A stretch of 64,000 nt of DNA from an uncultured Planctomycetaceae bacterium. GTDB taxonomy: Bacteria; Planctomycetota; Planctomycetia; Planctomycetales; Planctomycetaceae. Every line of letters starts with the position of its first letter. Within the stretch, counting starts at the first letter, position 1. Made by a program: the position numbers and the translations under genes. The stretch is from contig CAWFGE010000007.1 of NCBI GenBank assembly GCA_963815195.1, positions 307,051-371,050 on the forward strand. Reading direction: 5' to 3'. Positions 41,146-50,756 of this stretch are shown one piece after another. The notes under the pieces were generated by a model, which was given only the letters and a program-made list of their open reading frames with translations, did no database searches and had not been told where the DNA came from.

Positions 41146-42927
41146 ATGTCAGGCGAATTGTCCACTGAATGGTCTTTCTCGGGCGTGTTGGTCCGGTTGT
41201 ACGCGGCGTGCTGCGAAACCGCAGAGTCCCTCCCCGACCTGGCGTTCTTTCTTGAGCAGCACGAGCACATCGACCGCCGGCAGCATGCGGACGTACTCCT
41301 GCTCGACCAGTTCTACCGCTGGAAACGCGGTGCCCGCCGGCCCGTCGAATGGTACCTGGAGCGGTTTGCGGGATTGGATTCTCCCAACGACTGGCGGCTG
41401 GAACTGATGCTGGAAGAGTTCGGCTACCGTGAAGACGCCGGCGAACACCCGACCGCCCTAGAATACCAACACCGCTTTCCCGATTACGCGGAGCCGCTCG
41501 GACGGTCTCTGCCGTACCGCGAGGAGCATCAGCGGTTCGCCAAGTGCGCGGGGCTGTTGGCGGCGCCGTTTCACGCGGAGTCTTTGGCGACGACGCGGTT
41601 CATGAATTCCACCCTGGGCCCCACCGAGTATCGACCGAGGACCGAGTGGGATCCCAGCGCCAACTGCGAAGTGGAAACCTCGCTCGCCGAGGATTCGCCC
41701 TTCGACGAACTGCCGGCCGACGTGATGGACGCCATTGAATCCCGCATGCACCCCGAACGGTTCGCCGAGGGCGAATACCTGATGCGGCAAGGCGAACCGG
41801 GCACATCGCTGATGGTGCTCTTGGAAGGCCAGGTGGAGGTCACGGTCGATAATCCGGACGGGACGCGGCGTCTGATCACGCGGACAGACGCCTGCCAGGT
41901 CTTCGGGGAGATGTCGCTTCTGGCCGAGGAACCGCGCACGGCGAACGTTGTCGCCCTCGCGCCTGTGGTGGCCAGCGTCTTGCCGGTGGAATCCTTTTAC
42001 GAACTCGTCAGCCAGAGTCCCTCGATCAGCGTCGTGTTGACCAGGCTGATTTCCCAGCGCTTGGGCCGTTCGGGCCGGACGGACGTCCTCGCCGGCCGAA
42101 CGTTGGGCGGGTACGAGATCGTGGGCCGTTTGGGGCGGGGCGGAATGGCCGTCGTTTACGAAGCCTTCGACCCCGTCCACAAGCGGCAAGTCGCGTTAAA
42201 GATGATGAGCCATCGCCTGGTCTATGATCAGGAAGCCCTCGATCAATTCCAATGGGAAGCGGACATCATCGAGTCCTTCGAGCACCGGAACATCACGCGG
42301 ATGTACGGCCGATTTAAGGCGTTTCACACGTTTTTTACGGTGATGCAGTTCTGCGACGGCATGACGCTCAGGGACCTCATTCAACAAAACGGCCGGCTTC
42401 CCGAAGCGGCCGCACGGAGCATCCTCGGGCAACTCGCGTCGGCGCTCCGCTATGCCCATTCCAAAGGCGTGATCCACCGCGACATCAAACCCGCCAACGT
42501 GATGGTCAACCGCGACGGCATGGTGATGCTGATGGACTTCGGCCTCGCCAAGCCCGCGGACGATTCGCAATCGTCGCTGGTCAATCTCATCGTGGGCACT
42601 CCGCGGTATATGCCCCCCGAGCAAATGGTCGGCGGGCAGGTCGGTCAGGCCTCGGACTATTTCGCCATCGGCTGCGTGATTTATGAGATGCTCGCCGGCG
42701 AACCGCTCATTCCCGAAACGGATTGGCTGAACCTGCTCCGGCATCATGCGGCGTGGCGTCTGCCCGATTTCGAGCAAATCCTCCCGGGGCTGGATTCGTC
42801 CATATACAACATCCTCCGCGGATGTTTGCAATCCGATCCGGAACGCCGCCGACTGCCTTTGGACGAATTGTCCGCATGGGCCGAGTCCATCGACGTCAAA
42901 ACCCTCCGCGGCTTCGAATCGGCCTGA
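41146..42927 (+). CDS. Ser/Thr protein kinase with a cyclic-nucleotide-binding domain
   Basis: cNMP: RQGEPG...FGEMSLLAEEPRTANV; kinase: LGRGGMAVVY, VALK, IHRDIKPAN, DFG, GTPRYMPPE; no TM. Confidence 0.92.
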   Translation: MSGELSTEWSFSGVLVRLYAACCETAESLPDLAFFLEQHEHIDRRQHADVLLLDQFYRWKRGARRPVEWYLERFAGLDSPNDWRLELMLEEFGYREDAGEHPTALEYQHRFPDYAEPLGRSLPYREEHQRFAKCAGLLAAPFHAESLATTRFMNSTLGPTEYRPRTEWDPSANCEVETSLAEDSPFDELPADVMDAIESRMHPERFAEGEYLMRQGEPGTSLMVLLEGQVEVTVDNPDGTRRLITRTDACQVFGEMSLLAEEPRTANVVALAPVVASVLPVESFYELVSQSPSISVVLTRLISQRLGRSGRTDVLAGRTLGGYEIVGRLGRGGMAVVYEAFDPVHKRQVALKMMSHRLVYDQEALDQFQWEADIIESFEHRNITRMYGRFKAFHTFFTVMQFCDGMTLRDLIQQNGRLPEAAARSILGQLASALRYAHSKGVIHRDIKPANVMVNRDGMVMLMDFGLAKPADDSQSSLVNLIVGTPRYMPPEQMVGGQVGQASDYFAIGCVIYEMLAGEPLIPETDWLNLLRHHAAWRLPDFEQILPGLDSSIYNILRGCLQSDPERRRLPLDELSAWAESIDVKTLRGFESA

Positions 42928-42940
42928 GAACCTTTGCAAA

Positions 42941-42967
42941 GTGAGCGGCACGGCGGTAGCCGCCGGC
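42941..42967. repeat. Solo left arm of REP family A
   Basis: gtgagcggcacggcggtagccgccggc between convergent genes. Confidence 0.6.
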
Positions 42968-42970
42968 TTC

Positions 42971-44038
42971 TCACCACGGCACGCTGAGGCCCAGACCCTC
43001 AACCAGCGACTTGAGCATTTCGGCGTCTTGCCGATGAATCGAAACGCCCGCCGTTTCCGCCCGCTGAAGGTGTTCCCATTGGCGCTCGCCCGGCAACCGC
43101 ACGCGCTCAAAACCCGGTGCCGGCGCGAGCGCATGCAAAGCATCCACCGCTTCCCGGATGCGGGCTTCGAACCGGTCGCGTTCGACGAACTTGTCGGGAT
43201 CGATCACGTAGAAGAAATGCTGCGAGCCCTCGGCCATCGCTTCGCGTTTGCGGGCGATCGGCAATCGGCCGCCTTCCAAGGCCCCCGCCAGAATGCCGGA
43301 CACGAGCCCCAATCCAAACCCGCGCGGCCCCGCGGCCGGAAGCAGAGTCTTCGCGGCCCCGGGATCGGTCGTGGGTTCGCCGGCTTTGTCGAGCGCCCAA
43401 TCGGGAGGAATCGGCAATCCATATTGCGCCAGCGAATTGATTTTTCCCCACGACGCTTGGGCGCACGCCATGTCCAAAATGATCGGAGCGCCGCCGGGCA
43501 CCGGGATGCCCCAGGCCAGGGCATGATTGGACGTGGCCCGCGCGGTGGTTCCATATCCCGCGACCGAAGCCCGGCCCGTGCTCGTGGTGCAATAGCCGAT
43601 CATGCCTTCGTTCACCGCGAGTTGGACATAAACGCCCGCCGCCCCCAGGTGATGGCTGTTCTTCACCGTGACCGTGCCCGTGCCGACCGCGCGGGCCTTG
43701 TCGATGGCGAGATTCATCGCCTTCGTGGCGGCGATTTGCCCCAAGGCCCGGCTGCCGTCGAGCGCCGCCAGCGCCACGGTCTCGATAAGCGTGAGCACCT
43801 CTCCGCGGGGATCGATGTGGCCTTGATCGAAACCCTCCGAATACCACTTCATCATTCGGCAGCCGTGGGAAGGGAACCCCCGCAGGTCGGCTTCGACAAT
43901 CCGCGCCGCCGCGATCTCGGCATCCGCGGCGAACACGCTTTTTTTGACGAACAACGCCGTGAGCAAGGCTTCCAAGTCGCCGCGGCGCACTTGGATTTCT
44001 TGGGCGGGATCTTGAGGGTATTCCACCGGTTCCGGCAT
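42971..44038 (-). CDS. Ldh_2-family (malate/L-lactate/ureidoglycolate type) oxidoreductase
   Basis: ADLRGFPSHG, NSHHLGAAG, ILDMA, WALDKAGEPTTDP, VRLPGE. Confidence 0.88.
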   Translation of the reverse strand: MPEPVEYPQDPAQEIQVRRGDLEALLTALFVKKSVFAADAEIAAARIVEADLRGFPSHGCRMMKWYSEGFDQGHIDPRGEVLTLIETVALAALDGSRALGQIAATKAMNLAIDKARAVGTGTVTVKNSHHLGAAGVYVQLAVNEGMIGYCTTSTGRASVAGYGTTARATSNHALAWGIPVPGGAPIILDMACAQASWGKINSLAQYGLPIPPDWALDKAGEPTTDPGAAKTLLPAAGPRGFGLGLVSGILAGALEGGRLPIARKREAMAEGSQHFFYVIDPDKFVERDRFEARIREAVDALHALAPAPGFERVRLPGERQWEHLQRAETAGVSIHRQDAEMLKSLVEGLGLSVPW

Positions 44039-44087
44039 CGCGTTCCCGCCTTTCCTGTCATGGATTCAGCGAAGCAATTTTCGCGGG

Positions 44088-44317
44088 CTACTTCTCTATC
44101 CGAAACGGCGAAGCCGGTCGGGTGGCTGGGGCGCAAATTCCCCTTTAAGACAGGCTTAGGTTCCAAGTACTGGGGCCATGGACGAGCTAGAAAATTCTCA
44201 CACGGCCCCAGCTCTCAAAACCCTTTTTGTGCTCGGGACCTTCTGTTGCGCCCTAGCCACCCCGTCACCTTCCATTGACATTTTGAATTACTCCTCTATC
44301 CGAAACGGCGAAGCCGG
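44088..44317. repeat. 30-bp direct repeat (duplicated esterase 3' end) flanking a 143-bp element
   Basis: ctacttctctatccgaaacggcgaagccgg (44088-44117) vs ttactcctctatccgaaacggcgaagccgg (44288-44317); 28/30 identical, 200-bp period. Confidence 0.85.
44120..44262. mobile_element. 143-bp MITE/REPIN-like element, copy 1
   Basis: Terminal inverted repeats gggtggctggggcgcaa / ttgcgccctagccaccc; inner stem ctggggcc/ggccccag; homologous copy at 63246-63387. Confidence 0.6.
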
Positions 44318-45814
44318 CAGGCCTTGGCCGTTGTAGAGATTGCACTTTGGGTCCGGGGCCCAGGCGTATCGCACGGCGGCCGGTTTGGAGACATCCGGAC
44401 TGGAGACGATGACTTGATCCCCCTCGATCCGCGCTTTCGCGGGTTTCCATTCACCGTCTTTGCCGGCGACCTCGAAGCCTGTCAGTTCATCGCCCTTCGC
44501 CTTTAAGCCTCCCTCCGCGTGCGTGAAAGAGACGGCGAGTTCGCTGTCTTGAGCTTTCGCTCCCGCGGGCAAGGGGCCGCTGGTCGCGATGTCTTTTTTT
44601 CCATAGACATCGCCTAAGGCCCACATTGCCAGCCGCCGGCCCACGTCCTGTTTGTTCTTGGGATGGATGTCTTTCGTCTCGCCGATGTCCACGGTGATCG
44701 CCATGCCCGTCTTCGGCAGCCGAAGCGTTTTGAGCATGCCTTCGCGGACGAGCATCCAGCCTTCCCCGTCCCGGCCGAAGTTGGGAAGCTGCACCCAGGC
44801 CAACGGAAGCTCTTCGCCCCACCGCTTTCGCCAATCCTGGACCAACAGCGGCAGTTGATATTGATAGAACTGCCCTTTGCCCGGCTGCGAATTGGCTTCG
44901 CCTTGATACCACAGCACCCCGCGAATCGCATAAGGAACCAGCGGCGCGATCTTCCCATAAAACAACCCGCCCGGACCGCCCCGGCGGTTGTGCCGATCCG
45001 CGGCATTCACTGGCCGGCGGGGCACCGGCTGCCCGGCCGCTCGCGCTTGGGCCGCGCGTTTCTTCCAGCGGTCCAAGGCGGTTTCGTATTGAGCCATCGC
45101 CTTGGCCGCGTCGAACTCCGCATAGGCTTTCGCGGCGGACTCGTAATTCTCTTTGAGTTCCGGCGTCCCGGCTTGAGCCTCCGCCGCGATCCAGGATTCG
45201 ATCGGCGTCCCGCCCACGGACGAGTTGATCAACCCCACCGGCACGCCCAGCTCGCGGTGCAGTTCCCGCCCGAAGAAATACAGCGCCGCCGAAAAACCGC
45301 CCACGCTGTCCGGCGAGCAGATTGTCCAACTTCCCTTGGCGTCCGCCTGCGGCTCGTCAGCCGCGGTGGAAGTTTCCTTAAACATGCGAATCTGCGGAAA
45401 ATCCGCAGCCGCTTTTTCTTTCTCAAAATCCTTGGCCCGGTTCACCGTCATCGCCATGTTCGATTGTCCGGAACCCAGCCAGACTTCCCCGACGAGCACA
45501 TCCTCCACGGCCAGGAGCCGGTTGGAATTCTCCGACTCCGCGCGGAGCATCCGCGGTTTCGCACTGGCTTTCAAGGCATCCAGCTTGACCATCCACTTGC
45601 CGTCGGCATCGGCGGTCGCCGATTTCACCTGGCCGGCAAAGCTCACCGTGACTTTCTTCCCGGGATCGGCCCAGCCCCACACCGGCACCGGTTTCTCTTG
45701 CTGAAGCACCATGTGATCCGAAAACACCGCAGCCAGCTTTAACTCGGCCGCATCGGCACAGGGGGCGCAAACCAGAAACAACACAAGCGAGCAGAGGAAT
45801 GAAAACGGCTTCAT
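44288..45814 (-). CDS. Sialate O-acetylesterase-like (SASA) SGNH hydrolase, secreted
   Basis: SDHMVLQ, GEVWLGSGQSNM, GGTPIESW, WYQGEAN, DIHPKNK, AVRYAW. Confidence 0.9.
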   Translation of the reverse strand: MKPFSFLCSLVLFLVCAPCADAAELKLAAVFSDHMVLQQEKPVPVWGWADPGKKVTVSFAGQVKSATADADGKWMVKLDALKASAKPRMLRAESENSNRLLAVEDVLVGEVWLGSGQSNMAMTVNRAKDFEKEKAAADFPQIRMFKETSTAADEPQADAKGSWTICSPDSVGGFSAALYFFGRELHRELGVPVGLINSSVGGTPIESWIAAEAQAGTPELKENYESAAKAYAEFDAAKAMAQYETALDRWKKRAAQARAAGQPVPRRPVNAADRHNRRGGPGGLFYGKIAPLVPYAIRGVLWYQGEANSQPGKGQFYQYQLPLLVQDWRKRWGEELPLAWVQLPNFGRDGEGWMLVREGMLKTLRLPKTGMAITVDIGETKDIHPKNKQDVGRRLAMWALGDVYGKKDIATSGPLPAGAKAQDSELAVSFTHAEGGLKAKGDELTGFEVAGKDGEWKPAKARIEGDQVIVSSPDVSKPAAVRYAWAPDPKCNLYNGQGLPASPFRIEE

Positions 45815-45858
45815 GGGGCGCGGGCCTTTCTGCGAGATCATAAACCAGTGGGTCATTT

Positions 45859-45886
45859 GGCGAGCGGGAGGCATAAGCCTCCTGGT
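45859..45886. repeat. Solo arm of REP family B
   Basis: ggcgagcgggaggcataagcctcctggt. Confidence 0.6.
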
Positions 45887-46184
45887 TTTGTGGAGTTTTG
45901 AGTCGACCAAAATCATTGAGACGATTGTACCAGCCCCCGCGCATTCCCAATCACGGCGAACGAAAACTTCCCTGTCGCAAACGCCAGTTGAAGCCCGCAA
46001 AATCCGCAAAGCCGGCTTCTCAGGAGAATCCCCAGCGGGTCTGGGGCGACGGAAAAATCGGCCGCTGTCCGGTTTGGTTTCGGAAAACGCATCTCATAGA
46101 ATGAGATGTAATGCACTGTCACGGCGGTTCATTCCCAACGGATCCGCCAAAAACACCTCTGTCCACTCTCGCTGGAGAGTTCCC

Positions 46185-48038
46185 GTGTCTCACGCGACTT
46201 GGGCGATCGGTTCCGAGATTCTCGGCTACCGGCTGGAGCGCTGCGCGGGGCGAGATCTCTTCGGAGATGTGTTCCTCGCGCGCAGCGCGGCCGGCCGCCC
46301 GGTCGCGGTCCGCGCGCTCGATCCGGAACTGGCGGACGATGCCGGGCTGTTGATGGACTTTTACCAAGGGGCCAAGTTCGGGATGTCCGTGGATCATCCG
46401 GGCGTGCTCAAAGTCCTGGAGGTCGGGCAGGCCGACGACGGCCGGCATTGTCTGGTGACCGAGTTCTTGGGAACGGAGAACCTCCAATCCCGTGTGGACC
46501 GGCTGGGCCCGTTTAAGGAAGCCGACGCCGTCCGGCTGGTGGATCAGTTGGCGAAAACGCTCGAATCGCTCCACGAAGATCCCGATCGGCCCGTGGTGCA
46601 TCGGGCGCTGATGCCCGCGAATGTGCTCCTCGATCCGCTCGGCCAGCCGATGCTCGCGGGGATGCAGTTTGGAAGCCCCGTTCATCAGCCCTTGCCTTTC
46701 CCCGCCCACGGCGTGACGGCGGAACTCTATCAGTATCTCGCTCCCGAACAAATCGACGAACGGCATCACGCCCATCCGGCTGCGGATGTGTATTCGCTGG
46801 GCGCGCTGTTGTATTCGCTGTTGACGGCAAAAATTCCTTTTGCGGGGAACGACGCCCGCGACTCCCGGCGGAAGAAATTGGCGCTCGACTTTCAAACTCC
46901 CGAAAGGCTGGTGCCCGGACTGAGCCGGGGCGTGGTGCAACTCGTCCGGGACTGTCTCCAGCCGGATGCGGGCCGCCGGCCGTGTTCCATGCGGCGGCTG
47001 CGGGAAATTCTCAACTGCTCCGGCCGCATGATCGGCGAATATCGGATTCAATCGTACCGGGGCCGCGGACCAGCGGGAGAGGTCTATGAAGCGGTCTCGC
47101 CGACCGCCGTGCCGGTGGCGATCCACGTCGTGTCGTCGGACATCGCCGCCGATCCGCTTCGGCGGCAACGGTTCTACCGCGGGGCGTTGGCTTCGATTCC
47201 CGTATCCCATCCGCGCGTGGTGGAATCGCTGGGCGTGGAAAAAGCGGACGGGCGGCATTTTCTGGTGACGGAATTTGCCGAAGGAGACAACCTGGCCTGG
47301 CTGGTTCCGCATCAAGGGCCTTTTCCCGAACGCGAAGCGCTCGACATCGCCGTCGAAGTCGCGGCGGGGCTCGAAGAGATTCACGAATATCAACTCGTGC
47401 ATCGAAACGTTCAGCCGGCCAACATCCTCATCCAACCCGACGGCCATGTGAAATTGACCAATCTGGCGTTCGGCAATTGCATCGAACCCGCGGGGGAAAC
47501 GCTGGAGGATCCACTCGACCTGGAGACCTGCCAGTACCTTGCGCCCGAACAATTCGCGAGCCCGAAGCAGGTCGATCACCGGGGCGACTTGTACTCTTTG
47601 GGCGTGACGCTGTTTGTGCTGCTCACGGGCCGGTTGCCGTTTCGGCCTTCGAATGCGACGGAAATGCTGATGGACAAGGCGACCAATGCGTTTCCCACGG
47701 TGCGGCAGATGAATCCGGGCATAAGCGACGCCACCAGCCGGCTCGTGGCATGGCTGATGCAAGCCGACGCCGATCGCCGGCCCCCGTCCGCGGAGTCGTT
47801 TTCGAAAGCCGCCCGCGAATGCCTCCGCCGCCTGGCCGTCGCCGCGAATGCCTCCGCGCCCAAGAAAGCGGACGATGAAGATTCCGGCTCCGAACCCGTA
47901 TCGGATCGGCCGCGCCGCAAACGCTCCTCGCGAAGGTCCAAAAAAACAAAAGAGACCCTCAGCCAGAAATTGGCGTTGGGTCTCGGTTTTCTTTTCGCCG
48001 CCATGATCGCCGGCTGGCTGCTCGTGCAATCGTTGTGA
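46185..48038 (+). CDS. Tandem two-domain Hanks-type pseudokinase with a C-terminal membrane anchor
   Basis: GGAGAG RBS + GTG; two kinase folds (YLAPEQ, DxYSLG); HRD changed to HRA/HRN, VAxK to VAVR/VAIH, DFG absent; basic tail + TM LALGLGFLFAAMIAGWLLV. Confidence 0.85.
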   Translation: MSHATWAIGSEILGYRLERCAGRDLFGDVFLARSAAGRPVAVRALDPELADDAGLLMDFYQGAKFGMSVDHPGVLKVLEVGQADDGRHCLVTEFLGTENLQSRVDRLGPFKEADAVRLVDQLAKTLESLHEDPDRPVVHRALMPANVLLDPLGQPMLAGMQFGSPVHQPLPFPAHGVTAELYQYLAPEQIDERHHAHPAADVYSLGALLYSLLTAKIPFAGNDARDSRRKKLALDFQTPERLVPGLSRGVVQLVRDCLQPDAGRRPCSMRRLREILNCSGRMIGEYRIQSYRGRGPAGEVYEAVSPTAVPVAIHVVSSDIAADPLRRQRFYRGALASIPVSHPRVVESLGVEKADGRHFLVTEFAEGDNLAWLVPHQGPFPEREALDIAVEVAAGLEEIHEYQLVHRNVQPANILIQPDGHVKLTNLAFGNCIEPAGETLEDPLDLETCQYLAPEQFASPKQVDHRGDLYSLGVTLFVLLTGRLPFRPSNATEMLMDKATNAFPTVRQMNPGISDATSRLVAWLMQADADRRPPSAESFSKAARECLRRLAVAANASAPKKADDEDSGSEPVSDRPRRKRSSRRSKKTKETLSQKLALGLGFLFAAMIAGWLLVQSL

Positions 48039-48053
48039 CGCCGCGGTTTCGAA

Positions 48054-49113
48054 TCAGGGTTTATGCGTGACCGGCAGGTTGGGATCGGGTTGCCAGAGAT
48101 ACAGGAAGGTCGGCAGTCGCGAGCGGGTCAGACCTGGCAGATCGACGGGGAACAGCGTCCGCTGAATCGGCGTGTTGGGCGAGATGTCGTAAGGCGAGCG
48201 GGCCCAATCGTTCCGGCGATGCAGGAGCACGGCTCCCACGCAGCCGGGATCATTTGACCCCGCCGCCAAAGTCACTGCTTCATCCAGGTACCCAATCTGG
48301 TCGACGAAGCCCTTCGCCTGGGCTTCCGGCGCGGTGAAGATTCGCCCGTCGAAGCTCCGCTTGTCAAGCCCCGCCGTGGGCGGTCGGCGCTGTTGGATCC
48401 GGGCGATGAACCGGGCGTGGAACTCGTCGGCGATCGCTTGCAGGCGAAGTTCGGATTTCCTCGAAAGCGGATGCGTCGGCGTGCCGGTGTCGATGTTTTC
48501 GCCGGACTTCACGGTTTGCGTCATGATGTTGAATTGCAGCAGCGTGTTTTCCAAATTGTACAAATTGAGGATCACCCCCACGCCGCCGGTGAGCGTGGTG
48601 GGATGGGCGACGATCCGGTCCGCTCCCACCGCCAGGTAATACGCCCCGCCGGTCGCGACGTCCATGAGGCAGGCGACCACGGGCAGACCGGTTTTGAGTT
48701 TGAAGGCTTCGAGGTCGCGGGCCATGATGTCGGCCGCCGTCACCCCGCCGCCGGGACTGTGAATCCGCAAGACCACGCCGCAGAATTTCGGGATGGCAGG
48801 CGACGTAATCCAATTTCTCACGGAACGCCGAGATCGGGTTTTGTCCCAACGAGTAAATCCCGACGCGTTCTTCGTTGATAAGTAGGCCGTCCACGTCGAT
48901 CAAGGCGACCTTCGTGGCGGAGTTCGCCTGCCCGATGACGGGCATTTCCAACAGCGGCCCCGCGTTTTGCACGGGCGGCGTGTGCACGATGACTTCATTC
49001 TCCGAAATCACGTGGCTCGATGTCGACAGATGCCCGGTCGTAATGGCCCGAATCGGATGCATGCATCCCGCGGATACCGCGAGAAGTCCGCCGGTCAAAA
49101 GTATGCGAAGCAT
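48054..49113 (-). CDS. sppA: Signal peptide peptidase SppA (S49), lipoprotein, frameshifted at ~48787
   Basis: Lipobox VSAGC; KVALIDVDGLL; VVLRIHSPGGGVTA; ATGGAYYLA; DGRIFTA; one-base removal joins the two ORFs. Confidence 0.85.
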
Positions 49114-49361
49114 GGTCGCGTTGCCCCCCTCGATAACTGTCAGAATGCATGTGATCCATCCTGAAGTATCGACCTCCACAATCGGTGCAATCAGCAAGAC
49201 CCCCGTTTTTGGGCGTGCGCTTTCTTTGCCGAACCGGTTGTGCGGGGCTGGTGGAGGAATCTCAAAAGAATCTCCGATTACGGGTTGTTCTCTTAAAGTT
49301 CAACAAGATCCGCCCGTTGAATCCCTGCGAAGCGCAAGTTTTGACGTTGCGCGATGTCGCA

Positions 49362-49530
49362 AAATGCGAGCGGAAGGGCGCTAGCCCCCGGCCGTTTCAA
49401 TGAAAATGTGAGCGGAAGGGCGCTAGCCCCCGGCCGTTTCAATGGAAATGCGAGCGGAAGGCGCTAGCCCCCGGCCGTTTCAATGGAAACTTCGATATGT
49501 CCAGGCCGGCGGCTAGCGCCCAGCCGCTCA
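49362..49530. repeat. REP family A element with three tandem ~42-bp left-arm units
   Basis: aaatgcgagcggaagggcgctagcccccggccgtttcaatg x3 (49362-49486); single right arm ggccggcggctagcgcccagccgctca at 49504-49530. Confidence 0.88.
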
Positions 49531-49541
49531 GCAGACACGGC

Positions 49542-50756
49542 CTAGCGTGATTCGAGCATTTCATCCAGACATTTGACGACTTCGCGGGCGTTGGGGATGG
49601 AGCGGAAGGTATACACCTCCTGCGGCAGGCCTTCGATTTGCTCTTCGTCCACGTGCAACTCTTCGGAGAGAGCCAGCAGGATATTCGGCGGCCCGTGCTG
49701 TTTCAGGAGTTCGAGCCGGCGGGTGAGTGCCCCCTTTCGCCAGAAACCGAAGATTTCCATGAACACCCGCCGGCCCGTGGGCTGATGGACGAACACATAA
49801 TCCGGCACCAGCACGCCCTCGCCGCCCAGGTCGATCAACTCCGCCTCCTCGGAAAGTTCCCAATCGGTTTCGATCTTGGCGAAGCGTTTTTTGAGGAACT
49901 GCATTTCCTCAGGCTGCCATTGGCCGACCATCCACTGGTAAGGCTCAAGCCCCGTCTCGTGCGACAATGAAAACTGCTTGGGCACGCGGGCCTTGCCCCA
50001 CAGCACCGTCGCCTCCAGCGACCATTCACTCAAATGCAGCAGCGTGGGCAAAAAGTTTGCCATCTGCAGGCCATACTTCTGACAGGATTTGAACAAGGAC
50101 ATCGGCCCGTCGAGTTCGATCTCGTAACCCTCGTCCGCAGTGCCCCGCACTTGATAAAGCAGTTGAAAAAACTTGATCCGCCGGAAGAGTTCGCGATAGC
50201 GCGCCGCGGGCTGATTCGCCACCCGCACCTTCAGTTCCACCGCGCGAAACAGCACCGCCTGCGCGAGGGCGACGTTGTACCGCTTTAAGAGCCAGTCCGG
50301 TTTGACCTTCTTGAACGCTTGCAGATGCTGCTCTTCTTTGAGGTCCGCATACAATGCCCGCTGAATCTGAGATGCATCGTCTAAATTCAGTTCCCGGGCC
50401 ATCTTGCCGAGCACCTCGTCCGCCATCAACTGTCCGGAATGTTCCAGCCGTGAGCGGGCGGCCTCGGCGAACACGCGCTGCCGGAGTTCCCATGGATCGA
50501 TCTTGGTTCCCGGCTCAAATTCGCAGCGGTCCCAGAGCAATTTCGCCAGGCCCCTTTGAAGCAGAAACTCCGTCCCGGTGCCCAACAGCGCTTTGAGTTC
50601 CGCTTCCAACTCGTAGCGGGCTCGGCCCACGTGCCGCTCGAACGCGTCGATCAGCATGTCTCCGAGGCCGCGCAAATCGGGATCGTCGGCGGCGATGTAG
50701 TCGGGGTGAATCTCGTCTTTCCGCACCCTTGCCCGGAGCAGATTACTGGTAAGCAC
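49542..50756 (-). CDS. DUF790-family (Bax1-like) endonuclease
   Basis: GTG start MLTSNLL overlapping the helicase stop; RGLAKLL, LYADL, RYNVALAQAVLFRA, LDGPMSLF, VPDY-x-MEIFGFW nuclease motif. Confidence 0.85.
   Translation of the reverse strand: MLTSNLLRARVRKDEIHPDYIAADDPDLRGLGDMLIDAFERHVGRARYELEAELKALLGTGTEFLLQRGLAKLLWDRCEFEPGTKIDPWELRQRVFAEAARSRLEHSGQLMADEVLGKMARELNLDDASQIQRALYADLKEEQHLQAFKKVKPDWLLKRYNVALAQAVLFRAVELKVRVANQPAARYRELFRRIKFFQLLYQVRGTADEGYEIELDGPMSLFKSCQKYGLQMANFLPTLLHLSEWSLEATVLWGKARVPKQFSLSHETGLEPYQWMVGQWQPEEMQFLKKRFAKIETDWELSEEAELIDLGGEGVLVPDYVFVHQPTGRRVFMEIFGFWRKGALTRRLELLKQHGPPNILLALSEELHVDEEQIEGLPQEVYTFRSIPNAREVVKCLDEMLESR

Noticed and set aside
49362..49486. 42-bp x3 array containing GTTTCAAT (CRISPR-repeat-like word)
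   Set aside because: No variable spacers; the unit is the left arm of REP family A
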